Assembly: GCA_021792255.1 (NCBI GenBank)
Contig: JAJYUZ010000002.1
Span: forward strand, 192,001-256,000
Direction of reading: 5' to 3'
Origin: Thermoplasmata archaeon
Lineage (GTDB): Archaea; Thermoplasmatota; Thermoplasmata; Thermoplasmatales; GCA-001856825
Length of the DNA stretch: 64,000 nt
Numbering within the stretch: the first letter of the stretch is position 1; every line of letters starts with the position of its first letter. Both the position numbers and the translations under genes were made by a program. Shown here in pieces: positions 1 through 9,615 of this stretch. The notes under the pieces were generated by a model, which had not been told where the DNA came from, ran no database searches, and saw only the letters and a list, made by a program, of their open reading frames with translations.

Positions 1-432
1 ACGAGGAGAGAAATATGCCCGTTCAAGGTTCACCAAGTACCTGAATCCGTTTTCTTTGTGAATGCCAGCTGGCTCTCCCGTGCCATAAATTCTCCTTAGC
101 TTTCTGATCCTGAAGGATCCTTCTACCCCCTCATCCAGGAAAATTGCTCTGGGTGATTGTTTTTCCTTGATTTCTTCTAATATTCGCTCCCATCCCTCTC
201 TTTGCTTTATTACAAAGAAGTCGGAGATTCTTTCAAAGCTGCCGACATGAGTCATTCTTCTCGTCACGTTCACTTCGAATTCTGTTTCGTCCTCAGAATG
301 CTTGACCGGTACAAGAATCCAGGTTCCCTCTCTTTTTACTTTATAACCAGGAAGGAGTTCGCCCATTCGCTTCAGTCTGTCTATCTCTTTCTTCGCATCG
401 ATTTGAGGAACTTTTATGTATGGGACTCTCAA
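1..432 (-). CDS. trm5: tRNA (guanine37-N1)-methyltransferase Trm5/Taw2 family (Met-10+), 5' part; runs off the window start
   Basis: Not in the ORF track; translated by hand from TTG at 432: LRVPYIKVPQIDAKKEIDRLKRMGELLPGYKVKREGTWILVPV...HKENGFRYLVNLERAYFSPR. Shows a Trm5 N-terminal domain and the HKENG..YFSPR motif; open to position 1. Confidence 0.8.
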   Translation of the reverse strand, partial: MRVPYIKVPQIDAKKEIDRLKRMGELLPGYKVKREGTWILVPVKHSEDETEFEVNVTRRMTHVGSFERISDFFVIKQREGWERILEEIKEKQSPRAIFLDEGVEGSFRIRKLRRIYGTGEPAGIHKENGFRYLVNLERAYFSPR

Positions 433-472
433 CGTAGGAAAATGTATTTATTTAATATAACTTTGGGAATTT

Positions 473-778
473 GTGTTCTGTCCTAAATGTGGATCTATGA
501 TGTTCCCAAAAGGTGATTTTTGGGTCTGCAGGAAATGCGGAAATACCTTTCAAATCAAAGAAGAAGAGAAGAAGGGGATAGTGGAGAAAGGGAAAAAGAA
601 AGAAACGATAGTTGTAGAAAAAGAGGAAATCAATCTTCCGATAGACAAGACCGTCCAGTGTCCAAAATGCCACGAGTTCGGTGTCTACTGGGAGGCCATG
701 CAGACCAGAGCCGCGGACGAACCGGAAACTAGATTCTACACGTGCACTCACTGCGGCCACAGATGGAGAGAGTACTGA
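473..778 (+). CDS. tfs: Transcription factor S (TFS, RpoM/TFIIS-like)
   Basis: Two Zn ribbons (CPKC..CRKC; CPKC..CTHC) and QTRAADEP with an intact acidic DE hairpin. Confidence 0.95.
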   Translation: MFCPKCGSMMFPKGDFWVCRKCGNTFQIKEEEKKGIVEKGKKKETIVVEKEEINLPIDKTVQCPKCHEFGVYWEAMQTRAADEPETRFYTCTHCGHRWREY

Positions 779-838
779 ATCCTCCATAATCCCATATTGG
801 AATTATTTTCGATATTGCGCGTTGCCTTTATTTTGGAA

Positions 839-1234
839 TTATCCGAATCCCACTACGTCCTTCTTCTTCTGTAAAGTCGGCATTGGAATTGGAGGGGGAA
901 GACGCAAATCCCTCGCAATAAGTATAGTTTCAATCACTGACGAGGAGAAAATTGCTGTTTGAACCTCGTTGGCCACAGAATCGGGGAGAATCTTATCCTT
1001 CTTCCACTTGACTTCGAATTCTTCATCACCCTGATAAAGCAAAGAACCTTCAAGCGAAATGGCTCCCAGAGCCGAAAATGATGAGGTGAATTTGTAGACA
1101 ATTCTTGAGAATTCGTTTTCTTTCCTAACGTCTACTATCGTAAGATTTTGATCTATCCTCACTTCTTGGGGCCTGGTGTCGATAACGGTGTATCTTCTTC
1201 CCTCTATCGAGGTAATCTCAAGATCTTTTATCAC
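839..1234 (-). CDS. Conserved archaeal hypothetical protein (possible SecB-like fold)
   Basis: 131 aa; beta-rich N-half, then a helix and C-terminal LPPPIPMP motif. Confidence 0.6.
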   Translation of the reverse strand: MIKDLEITSIEGRRYTVIDTRPQEVRIDQNLTIVDVRKENEFSRIVYKFTSSFSALGAISLEGSLLYQGDEEFEVKWKKDKILPDSVANEVQTAIFSSSVIETILIARDLRLPPPIPMPTLQKKKDVVGFG

Positions 1235-1306
1235 AATTCGTCAGTATAATTCAGATAAATTGTTTTTCCTTTCCGGAATACAGATCAGGTGATCACCGAA
1301 TACCAA

Positions 1307-2038
1307 TCACTTATTTCTGATCTTCAGAAATTCCGAATAAAATTCAGGGATGCTTTCGTATTCGATTGGGTCTTCCGAGTCTGCCTGCATAAAGCCCTTG
1401 AGTCTAAGCTTGCATGAATCACAAACTCCACATGCCTTTTCTCCTCCCTTATAGCAAGACCAAGTGAGTTCTAGTGGTGTTTTCAACCTGATGGCAAGTC
1501 TTACTATATCTGCCTTGGAGTACCTAAGGAGTGGGGCCTCAACCTCGATGCTTCCACCCTCCACAGTCTTCTTGGTAGCCAGACTGAAAGTTTTATTGAT
1601 CGACTCAAAATATTCGGGTCTACAGTCTGGATAGCCAGAATAATCGAGTGAGTTGGCCCCTATGAAAATTTTTGATGAATCAGTGACCTCTGCAAGTCCC
1701 AGTGCTATCGAAAGCATTATCGTATTCCTTGCAGGAACATAGGTCACCGGTATCTCCTTACCTATGTCGTTGAGAGATTTTTCAGGAACCGAAATATCAT
1801 CGGTCAAAGCGCTTCCACCTATCATTCTCAGGTCCATTTTCATGATCTTGTGTTTGACCCTGTAGTAGTCCGCAATCTTTCTGGCTGACTCCAGCTCCTT
1901 GCTGTGTCGCTGCCCATAATCAAAAGACAGCGCCACTACTTCATAGCCTTGCGAAACAGCATAGGAAAGAAGAGTAGAACTGTCGAGTCCACCCGACAGC
2001 AGACTTACTGCTTTCTTATTTCCAGATCGATTTAGCAT
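1307..2038 (-). CDS. queC: 7-cyano-7-deazaguanine synthase
   Basis: SGGLDS PP-loop, FDYGQRH, TYVPARN, YPDCRPE, TWSCY..CGVCDSC Zn motif. Confidence 0.97.
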   Translation of the reverse strand: MLNRSGNKKAVSLLSGGLDSSTLLSYAVSQGYEVVALSFDYGQRHSKELESARKIADYYRVKHKIMKMDLRMIGGSALTDDISVPEKSLNDIGKEIPVTYVPARNTIMLSIALGLAEVTDSSKIFIGANSLDYSGYPDCRPEYFESINKTFSLATKKTVEGGSIEVEAPLLRYSKADIVRLAIRLKTPLELTWSCYKGGEKACGVCDSCKLRLKGFMQADSEDPIEYESIPEFYSEFLKIRNK

Positions 2039-2480
2039 ACTGACCAGGTCCTTCGTGAACTTCTATTTCCACCTGCTCCACGTTCAGTCCTAGAGATTTG
2101 ACAAACTTGTCTAGAATATATTCGCTCAAGCACTCTGCCGTTGTGTCCTTCACCGGCAAAACTCTACACTCTTCCTCAGGGAAGCTGTACTTTTTACCTT
2201 CTAAGCTGACAGTAAGGTTGCCTTCTTTCCTTTCAAAGACTATTCCTCTTCTCTTCTCTGGGATGAGAACCCTGTGGTCAAGAAAATCCGCGATTTCTCT
2301 CAAATTAGACTTACCCTTTGTGAAGTCTAGAAAATAGGTCTTGTCATCCATCGCACCGATGATCTTGACAGAAATAGAATAGTCGTGGCCGTGAATCCTA
2401 GAGCATTTCCAGTCTCCCGGAATAAAGTGGGCTGAGGAAAATCTTATGTTTGAGTAATTCCCATCTATGAATATCTCCAC
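2016..2480 (-). CDS. queD: 6-carboxy-5,6,7,8-tetrahydropterin synthase (PTPS family)
   Basis: FSSAHF, CSRIHGHDY, LDHRVL, TTAECL; likely GTG start at 2480; overlaps the queC start. Confidence 0.88.
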   Translation of the reverse strand: MEIFIDGNYSNIRFSSAHFIPGDWKCSRIHGHDYSISVKIIGAMDDKTYFLDFTKGKSNLREIADFLDHRVLIPEKRRGIVFERKEGNLTVSLEGKKYSFPEEECRVLPVKDTTAECLSEYILDKFVKSLGLNVEQVEIEVHEGPGQYAKSIWK

Positions 2481-2560
2481 GGCAGGGTATCTACATTTAC
2501 GCAAAAATCCTTTGGGGTAGAGTCAGCAAGAATTATATGTACTGTGAGAGTTAAGAGGAT

Positions 2561-2902
2561 ATGACCAAAATACTCTACTTGGTTATGAGTGGAAAAGAAG
2601 CAGAACAGAAATTCGACATGGCGATCATCTCAGCTCTTAGAATGATCGAAAACAAGAGGGTAGAAAAGATGAAGCTATTGTTCTATGGGCCAAGTGAGAC
2701 GCTTCTCGCTCAAGTAACTGGCGAAAGAGCAGAAACGATAAAGAAGCTCATTGGTTACGGTGCAGTGGACTCTGCCTGCACTATGTTTGCCAAAAACATG
2801 AAGATAGAAAATGAACTGAATATTCTAGGGGTCCCTCTCGAAGCCTATGGACAGAGGTTAGCTGCCCTCCTAGGGGAGGGTTATATCCCGGTCTCATTCT
2901 GA
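2561..2902 (+). CDS. DsrE-like small protein
   Basis: 113 aa, LLFYGPSE and ACxxxA pattern typical of the DsrE/F-like fold. Confidence 0.6.
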   Translation: MTKILYLVMSGKEAEQKFDMAIISALRMIENKRVEKMKLLFYGPSETLLAQVTGERAETIKKLIGYGAVDSACTMFAKNMKIENELNILGVPLEAYGQRLAALLGEGYIPVSF

Positions 2903-4530
2903 GACTCAATGTATTCTGGCTGCGATTGATCACCAATTGGAGGAATAAGCAGAAGACTGGTGTTAGAGGGCATCTCTCCTCTCTTCTCTCTAAAAGCGGA
3001 AAATATCACGTTCGGATAAAACTTCATTTTCTCCAGCATCCTCCCCCTTCTGTTTAGGTCAGAGTATTCGCACTCCACCGGGATTTTCCTGTCGTCTTTT
3101 ATGATCACCAGATCTGGGCGATGTCCATCATAATCTAGGCCTTCGTACACTTCATATCCCTTGCTTTTGAAAAAGAAGTAGGATCTGGTGATGAGGTACC
3201 TATGAAACAACGATTCGTTTCCTTTCACGTGTCTAGAACCGATCTTTTCGTAATACTCCATCTCAAGGTGCACTTTTCCATCTACGATCGTCGCTAGACC
3301 AAGCGAAACCAGATGGCTCAGGTAGGCTGGGTCTATGTTCTCGGGGAATTCCTGATCTACAAATTCCCTGCTCCCGTCAAAATCGTAGAACTCTTCAGAG
3401 ACCGAAAATTCCCTAGTCTGTTCTGCCAATCTTGTTGTTCCCGTAAACAAGCTCCCAGTTCTTGGCACAAGACAATTAAAGTGATAGAAGTCGGGAGCCC
3501 TCAGAATCCTGCCATCCCGTCTGAAAGTGTACGCGTCCTCATCAGAGAGCTGGAAAAGGAAGAAATTATGGACATTTGTCTTTATGCTGGAAGCTAGTGT
3601 CGGATCCAATCCCGAGAGCGACTGCGTGCTCATCAGCGCCCAGAGAGAGAACTTTCTGCCTTCGGTCACAATTCTCTGTGAAATATGAGGAGACAGGGTT
3701 TGGAACTCGTCCATTATCACCACTACATCCTTCATTCTCCTTAGAATAATATTGTTCCAAATCTTGTAGAGAAGCATAATGGAAAATGGTCTGGAAAGGG
3801 AAGAAGGAGAGTACTCCCCTGATAGTTCCACATAGAGCGTGCTGTCAAGTTTCGAAATGTCGTAAAAGTCCTCTCTTGATGAGAACATTCGTTTCGATAC
3901 TTCGTTTGAAATCAGCGGCAGTATCTTATTGACCGTAGAAGAGATGAAGTCGTACCCCTGATTGAATATTGAGAGGAATTCTGTCCTTTCGTCTGGTTCG
4001 AGAGATGAGGCAAAATCCTTCCTCTTGTAATAATTCAATAGCAGGTCTGCGAGGTCCTGTATTGTAGGGGTAACTTTGTACTTTAGCAGCAACCTGGTCA
4101 CGATGGTGAAGATCAACTCTATCCTAGGGCCCCACGTGCCTATAGAAAAGGCAGACTCACTTGAAAATATGTCTTTCAGAGTCTGAACGACCAGCTCCTC
4201 GTTTATCAGCCTCTCCCTTTCGTTCCGGTACGGCAGTACTGACATCAAATTGAATTTCAGGTATCCAGTGCGTACTCCAGAATAAGGTGACAGAGTTATG
4301 ACAGAAGAGTCAGGCTTCCCATATTTCCACAGCTCCCCGTGAGGATCGAACACGATAACTTTTTTTCCGTCTTCTTCATACAATCGAATCAACTGAACGA
4401 GCAGGTTGGACTTACCCGTTCCAGTCTTTCCAAGTATGAGAGAGTGATTTTCCAAAAATTCTGGAGGAAAGATTATTCTCTTCTCCTTAAGAGGGAATGG
4501 TATCCCAGATTCATAAGGCCAGTAATCCAT
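2881..4530 (-). CDS. HerA/VirD4(TraD)-like P-loop ATPase with C-terminal PD-(D/E)XK nuclease-like domain
   Basis: Walker A GKTGTGKS, FDPHGE, WGPRIE, Walker B VIMDEFQ, EGRKF..STQS; C-terminal SLFHRYL..GY..RPDLVIIKDDRKIPVECEYS; start at 4530 follows a GGTGA SD. Confidence 0.8.
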   Translation of the reverse strand: MDYWPYESGIPFPLKEKRIIFPPEFLENHSLILGKTGTGKSNLLVQLIRLYEEDGKKVIVFDPHGELWKYGKPDSSVITLSPYSGVRTGYLKFNLMSVLPYRNERERLINEELVVQTLKDIFSSESAFSIGTWGPRIELIFTIVTRLLLKYKVTPTIQDLADLLLNYYKRKDFASSLEPDERTEFLSIFNQGYDFISSTVNKILPLISNEVSKRMFSSREDFYDISKLDSTLYVELSGEYSPSSLSRPFSIMLLYKIWNNIILRRMKDVVVIMDEFQTLSPHISQRIVTEGRKFSLWALMSTQSLSGLDPTLASSIKTNVHNFFLFQLSDEDAYTFRRDGRILRAPDFYHFNCLVPRTGSLFTGTTRLAEQTREFSVSEEFYDFDGSREFVDQEFPENIDPAYLSHLVSLGLATIVDGKVHLEMEYYEKIGSRHVKGNESLFHRYLITRSYFFFKSKGYEVYEGLDYDGHRPDLVIIKDDRKIPVECEYSDLNRRGRMLEKMKFYPNVIFSAFREKRGEMPSNTSLLLIPPIGDQSQPEYIESQNETGI

Positions 4531-5068
4531 TCTTATCACCCCCATTTATTAGAGAATACAACTCGAAGCTGGTCACTATCAGAGAATTGCCCTTCTTGAA
4601 TGTCAGGGACTGCTTTCCATCTTTGCTGGAATAGTCTCGTGCGAGGAATGGAGAAAACAGTCTGATTCTGTACAACACTCTCTTCGCCTTTCCCCCTAGT
4701 CTCTTTCTCTTGAAGGGATTCAGTGTGCGGTACCTCTCGACCTTCAATCGTATCTCATCTCCCTTAATCAATAAGATTGCCGTCTCAGTTAAAAAAGGAA
4801 AAACAGGATCAAAATAGAATTTCGGCTTGTTAAGCAGGAATATATTTTCTTTCCAGCGATCACTCAAGAAAGATCGTTCCATTTTGTTTCCCAGTTCCTC
4901 TCTAGCGTATCGAAGGATCTCAGCTTCTTTCCCGTCGTCGTTGATGAGTATCGTAAGATTCTCATTCTTCCGGATAGTCATTTCGGTTTCTCTGTTCACC
5001 AATATCAGGTTCAGAAGCGTCTGGAGATTGTCTCTGTCCTTGACGTATATCTTCCATTTCGAATACAT
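4511..5068 (-). CDS. Hypothetical basic protein, overlaps the ATPase gene
   Basis: 185 aa ORF overlapping the ATPase start; no recognisable motif. Confidence 0.65.
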   Translation of the reverse strand: MYSKWKIYVKDRDNLQTLLNLILVNRETEMTIRKNENLTILINDDGKEAEILRYAREELGNKMERSFLSDRWKENIFLLNKPKFYFDPVFPFLTETAILLIKGDEIRLKVERYRTLNPFKRKRLGGKAKRVLYRIRLFSPFLARDYSSKDGKQSLTFKKGNSLIVTSFELYSLINGGDKNGLLAL

Positions 5069-5215
5069 TCAATTCACTCCTCCAGCACTGCCATCCGTCG
5101 AGATGGAACCTTCATCAAGCAATTCTATGTCCCTGCCAATTTTTCCGAAATTAGAATTGTAGGCAATTTCATTCTCTCCTACAAAAAAGTTGGTCAATGC
5201 TTCTTTCGTTTTCAT
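5069..5215 (-). CDS. 48-aa small ORF heading the ATPase-nuclease operon
   Basis: MKTKEALTNFFVGENEIAYNSNFGKIGRDIELLDEGSISTDGSAGGVN*; GAGGTG SD at 5226-5221; its TGA abuts the next ATG (TGAATG). Confidence 0.55.
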   Translation of the reverse strand: MKTKEALTNFFVGENEIAYNSNFGKIGRDIELLDEGSISTDGSAGGVN

Positions 5216-5432
5216 AAAAACACCTCTAATCCATTTTCGACGATTCACTAATTTTCAAGAGTCTTCATCAAGGTTAAATAAGCCATTTGTCCGGATTCAA
5301 AGCTAAAAATCACACTATTCTCAAGCAGGCAATACGCACCGCTTTTGTCAGAAAACCTTAGTCCTATACACGAAAATGGATTACAAGATTGAATTCGACC
5401 CAGATATATAAGCTTTAACAGTTATAAGAATG

Positions 5433-5459
5433 GAAAGAAAATAAAATAATAAAAAATTA
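5433..5459 (-). terminator. U-rich archaeal terminator after HU
   Basis: Minus strand TAATTTTTTATTATTTTATTTTCTTTC just after the stop codon. Confidence 0.5.
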
Positions 5460-5467
5460 AGATGAGT

Positions 5468-5737
5468 TTACTTGTACTTTATCTTGGAAGACGCACTGAA
5501 GTGTACTTTGTTCTTGGAGGGGACCTTTATGATTTGCTTTGTCCTTGGATTCTTAGCATTCCTCGCCTTTGTCTGTTTCCTCGAGAAAATTCCGAATCCT
5601 GCTATCCTTACCTTCTGCCCCTTGTTTATGTTCGTCACAATAGCCTTGAAGGTTCCCCTAATTACTGACTCAGCACTTCTGACAGATACGCCGGAACTCT
5701 TGGCGATGTCTCTGGCAATCTCGTTTATTCCGACCAT
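5468..5737 (-). CDS. HU-family DNA-binding protein (HTa-like)
   Basis: 89 aa basic; KVRIAGFGIF, ARNAKNPRTKQIIKVP; HU/IHF signature. Confidence 0.95.
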   Translation of the reverse strand: MVGINEIARDIAKSSGVSVRSAESVIRGTFKAIVTNINKGQKVRIAGFGIFSRKQTKARNAKNPRTKQIIKVPSKNKVHFSASSKIKYK

Positions 5738-5876
5738 ATTGAGAATATCTACATTTAATATATAAAGTTAGTGCTATTTTTAAAATCACGGCTGGTATGA
5801 GGAATATCCATTTTATATGAAATATCTTATAGAATACATCAAATATAAATAAGTAGGGTTTAAATACTCCAAGAGT

Positions 5877-6296
5877 CTAGTTTGACATCTTTTGGTGAGT
5901 GACCATTATGCAGATTCCATAGACTACATCGAGGTTTTTGGACAATGCTGTCTTGATTACGTCGGGGTTCTCTGCTCCAAGCTGAAGCCACACAGCCCTT
6001 GGATTCAGACTAGGGGCTTGAAGCACAACTTCTTTGGAAGCCTCCGGATTTCTGAAAATATCTACTATATCGATCTTTATGTCTTTTGGAATGTCTAATA
6101 TCGACGGATATGTTTTCTTTCCATAGATCTCGCTTACACTCGGGTTCACTGGTATTACATTATATCCTTTGTCGATTAGGTACTTTCCGACCTTATTTGA
6201 ATCCCTCTCGGGGTTGGGGGACATTCCGACCACTGCAATATTCTTGCTCTTTTCCAGTAGATCCTTGATCATAGCTGGCTTATCCAGAATCATCAA
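5877..6296 (-). CDS. CoA-binding protein (YccU-like)
   Basis: IAVVGMSPNPERDS, VIPVNP, DIVDIFR, AVWLQLG. Confidence 0.92.
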   Translation of the reverse strand: MMILDKPAMIKDLLEKSKNIAVVGMSPNPERDSNKVGKYLIDKGYNVIPVNPSVSEIYGKKTYPSILDIPKDIKIDIVDIFRNPEASKEVVLQAPSLNPRAVWLQLGAENPDVIKTALSKNLDVVYGICIMVTHQKMSN

Positions 6297-6343
6297 GTAC
6301 TAGATTAAAAATTTCAAATAAAGTTTTCCGAATTTGGACACCG

Positions 6344-7267
6344 TCAAGATGTCGAGAAATAGTCCGTATTCGTTTCTGCCTCTCTGAATAACTTCCCAAG
6401 TCTTCTGACTTCAGAAAGCTGGTAAAGTGAAGAAAAGGAGATGGTAACAGTAGAGCTTTCTTGTTCAAATTGAATTATGGCCGGTCCATTGTTTCTCCTA
6501 AAACCGAATTTTGTTTCACCTTCTTCGAACAGATCGAAAAAGTTCCCTCCATTTCTAAATTCATAGGTTGTGTGCTCGGTAGAAGCGTCTGGGTTGCCAA
6601 TGTCTATCCAGACAGCTCTTCTATTGTAGTCTTCTGAGAGCACAAAGATGGCATGAATTGTCCTATTATCCCTCCGAAAGATTCCTACGGAGTCCAGACA
6701 GAGATTCCCTTCACAGAATTTTCTAAAGGGAGGGGTCCAAGAAAGCCTACCGATACGCTCTTCTTCGAACCACTGCGGGTTTCCATTATTTGCCAAGAAC
6801 GAGCGCTTGTAGAACGGATAGTTTTTGAATCTCGCACTGATGTACGGAGCTACGAGGCTTTCGCTGAGTTTTCTGACATTAAGGCTGGTCTCCCCCTCAA
6901 TTTCGATTTGAGTCCCAAGAGAGAAAGAAGACGATGCCTCTTTTCCCTTGTAATTCTTCCCATAGAATATCACTGCGTCAGTAGTATCGGTACTGGCCAA
7001 GATGGAATATGAAGAGACGAAAGAATCCATAAGGCTCTTTGGAAAACCTGGATAAAACCAGTCAAGAAAGAATTCCTTTACTCTGAGTTTTTCGTTCCCA
7101 ATTGTGCACTCGAATCTTAACGTCGCCCACTTTCTCCCAGGTTCCCTATAAGTCGAGTTATGTACTTCCAGTTCTTCGGGGAGATAGATAAGGAATGGTG
7201 CCTTTTCTTGGAGTTTTTTAAAATCACCGATTCGAATGATCTCGTCTAGCATCGCTCTCGTTTGCAA
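6344..7267 (-). CDS. Hypothetical protein
   Basis: 307 aa ORF, no motif recognised. Confidence 0.6.
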   Translation of the reverse strand: MQTRAMLDEIIRIGDFKKLQEKAPFLIYLPEELEVHNSTYREPGRKWATLRFECTIGNEKLRVKEFFLDWFYPGFPKSLMDSFVSSYSILASTDTTDAVIFYGKNYKGKEASSSFSLGTQIEIEGETSLNVRKLSESLVAPYISARFKNYPFYKRSFLANNGNPQWFEEERIGRLSWTPPFRKFCEGNLCLDSVGIFRRDNRTIHAIFVLSEDYNRRAVWIDIGNPDASTEHTTYEFRNGGNFFDLFEEGETKFGFRRNNGPAIIQFEQESSTVTISFSSLYQLSEVRRLGKLFREAETNTDYFSTS

Positions 7268-7323
7268 AATAACTGCATACTTAAACTGTTGGGTTTTTCA
7301 TTCTTCCATCCAACTAGAGGTCT

Positions 7324-8256
7324 CTATCTCTTGAGATTGGCAATCATGTCCTTTGTTGTCGCCTTGAAGTCGTAGTTTGGATGGAAGTCCCACTCACTAA
7401 CGGCCGCAGAAGCATCGAGTGACCCTGGCCAAGAATCTGCTATTTTTTGCCTGAAATCCGGTCTATAAGTCACTTCGAAAGAGGGGTAGTAATTCCTGAG
7501 CTCCATTTCTAATTGTTTTGGGGTCATAGAAAAAGACGAGACGTTAAAATCCGTCCTGTGTTTCAATCTCGTTTCGTCTGCTTCAGCAAGCCTTAGAAGG
7601 CAATCGAGAGCGTCTGGCATATACATCATTGGCAGCCTGGTATCCTCTCTCAGGAAACATTGGTAGCTCTTACCCTTAACGGCCTCCATTATCATCTCTA
7701 TAGAATAATCCGTGGTCCCTCCGCCCGGAGGTGTTTTATAACTTATAAGTCCAGGAAATCGCAGACCTCTCGCATTCAACCCGAACCTTGCATGATAATA
7801 ATTGCCCAGATGTTCCGCCATCAGTTTTGTGATTCCGTACATTGTCACGGGCCTAGCTATAGTCTCTATTGGAACGTTCTCCTTTGGCGTATCAGGACCA
7901 AATATTCCTATCGAGCTCGGGGTAATCACAAGTTTCACTCTACTCTTGATGGAGGACTCTAAGATATCGTAAAGTCCAGAGATATTCACCTTGTACGCGA
8001 GCTCAGGGTTCTTCTCTCCATTCGCGGACAGAACAGCGGCAAGATGGAAGATGGTATCTATCTTGTATTTATCGATCGCTAGGTCGACCGAAGCTCTATC
8101 AGTCACGTCTAACTTGAGGAATCTCGAATCTGCAGAGTTTGAGCGAATGTCTGAAGGAATCACTCTATCTCTTCCGAAAACATCAGAGAGAAATGGAACC
8201 AGTTCGCTTCCAATTTGACCACCAGCACCGGTGACGAGTATTTTTTCGAATGTCAT
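7324..8256 (-). CDS. tdh: L-threonine 3-dehydrogenase (SDR/epimerase type)
   Basis: TGAGGQIG, YGITK, PGGGTTDY, LPMMYMPD, RQKIADSWP; divergent from kbl. Confidence 0.9.
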   Translation of the reverse strand: MTFEKILVTGAGGQIGSELVPFLSDVFGRDRVIPSDIRSNSADSRFLKLDVTDRASVDLAIDKYKIDTIFHLAAVLSANGEKNPELAYKVNISGLYDILESSIKSRVKLVITPSSIGIFGPDTPKENVPIETIARPVTMYGITKLMAEHLGNYYHARFGLNARGLRFPGLISYKTPPGGGTTDYSIEMIMEAVKGKSYQCFLREDTRLPMMYMPDALDCLLRLAEADETRLKHRTDFNVSSFSMTPKQLEMELRNYYPSFEVTYRPDFRQKIADSWPGSLDASAAVSEWDFHPNYDFKATTKDMIANLKR

Positions 8257-8429
8257 TCCCCTAAACAGTCACGCGAAAATAAAAAATATTTCGTACCGCG
8301 CATGAATACCCCAACCTCTATCGATCTCTCGTCTCTGAGAATCCTTCACGGACGTATTTATTCAGCCGTCCCAATCAAATGGGAAGAGGTCCTAAGCAAA
8401 CTATTTGATGACTGAGAATATTTGGAGCC

Positions 8430-9608
8430 ATGGGGAAAATGGACTGGGTACAGGAAGAGATTAATGTTTTGAAAGAAACCGGTCGTTACGTTCCCATTAG
8501 AACTCTGCAAACTTCACAGGGTGCGTGGGTCAAAATCGATGGTAGAAAGGTACTCAATCTGTGCTCTAACAATTATCTTGGTCTAGCTAACAATCCTGAA
8601 GTTAAGAAAGCGATGCACGAAGCTATAGATACTTTCGGAGTAGGGGCAGGTGCTGTCAGAAGTATCGCTGGAACGATGGAACTCCATATCAGACTGGAGG
8701 AAAAGATCGCGCAGTTTAAGCATATGGAATCTTCGCTCGTGTACCAGGGCGGACTGCTGGCTAATCTCGGAACAATTCCCGCACTGGTCGGAAAGGACGA
8801 TGTCGTCTTCAGCGAAGAGCTAAATCACGCAAGCATAATAGATGGAGTGAGGCTCAGTTCTGCAAAGAGGGTCGTTTTCTCTCATGTATCTGCAACGGAC
8901 CTAGAAGAGAAGCTCAGAGCAGAAAGATCGACTGGAAAGAAGGCACTGATAGTCACAGACGGAGTATTCAGCATGGATGGAGACATTGCTCCACTCAACG
9001 AAGAGGCAGAGATCGGCGAAAAGTACGACTCTATGGTGTATGTGGACGATGCCCACGGGGAAGGTGTACTCGGGGATCACGGCAGAGGCATTGTGGATCA
9101 TTTCAAGATAGGTGGGAAAGTGGACATAGAAATGGGTACCTTTTCAAAGGCCGTGGGGGTCATGGGAGGATTTGTCGCAGGAAGAAAGGACCTCATAGAC
9201 TACCTGAAACAAAAGGCAAGACCATTTCTGTTCAGTTCTGCATTGAATCCGGGGGAAGTCGCGGCCATCCTGAAGAGCATAGAGATCATGGACAGGGACG
9301 ACTCGTTGCTCAAGAAGCTTTGGAACAATTCAGATTTCCTCAAGGAAAAGCTCAGTAATCTTGGCTTCAACACGGGAAAGAGCAAGACTCCTATAACACC
9401 CGTAATGGTCGGAGGGGAGATGGAGACTGTGGAACTCAGCAAAGCACTTTACGAAGAAGGGATATTAGCATCACCCATAGTGTTTCCGACGGTGGCAAAG
9501 GGGACAGCCAGAATCAGGCTGATGCCATCAGCCGTACACTCACGAGAAGACCTGAAATATGCGGGAGATAAATTCGAAGAAGTCGGAAAGAGAATGAAAT
9601 TGATTTAA
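8430..9608 (+). CDS. kbl: Glycine C-acetyltransferase (2-amino-3-ketobutyrate CoA ligase)
   Basis: SNNYLGL, NHASIIDG, DGVFSMDG, DDAHGEG, GTFSKA PLP lysine; paired with tdh. Confidence 0.9.
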   Translation: MGKMDWVQEEINVLKETGRYVPIRTLQTSQGAWVKIDGRKVLNLCSNNYLGLANNPEVKKAMHEAIDTFGVGAGAVRSIAGTMELHIRLEEKIAQFKHMESSLVYQGGLLANLGTIPALVGKDDVVFSEELNHASIIDGVRLSSAKRVVFSHVSATDLEEKLRAERSTGKKALIVTDGVFSMDGDIAPLNEEAEIGEKYDSMVYVDDAHGEGVLGDHGRGIVDHFKIGGKVDIEMGTFSKAVGVMGGFVAGRKDLIDYLKQKARPFLFSSALNPGEVAAILKSIEIMDRDDSLLKKLWNNSDFLKEKLSNLGFNTGKSKTPITPVMVGGEMETVELSKALYEEGILASPIVFPTVAKGTARIRLMPSAVHSREDLKYAGDKFEEVGKRMKLI

Positions 9609-9615
9609 TCCAGAA

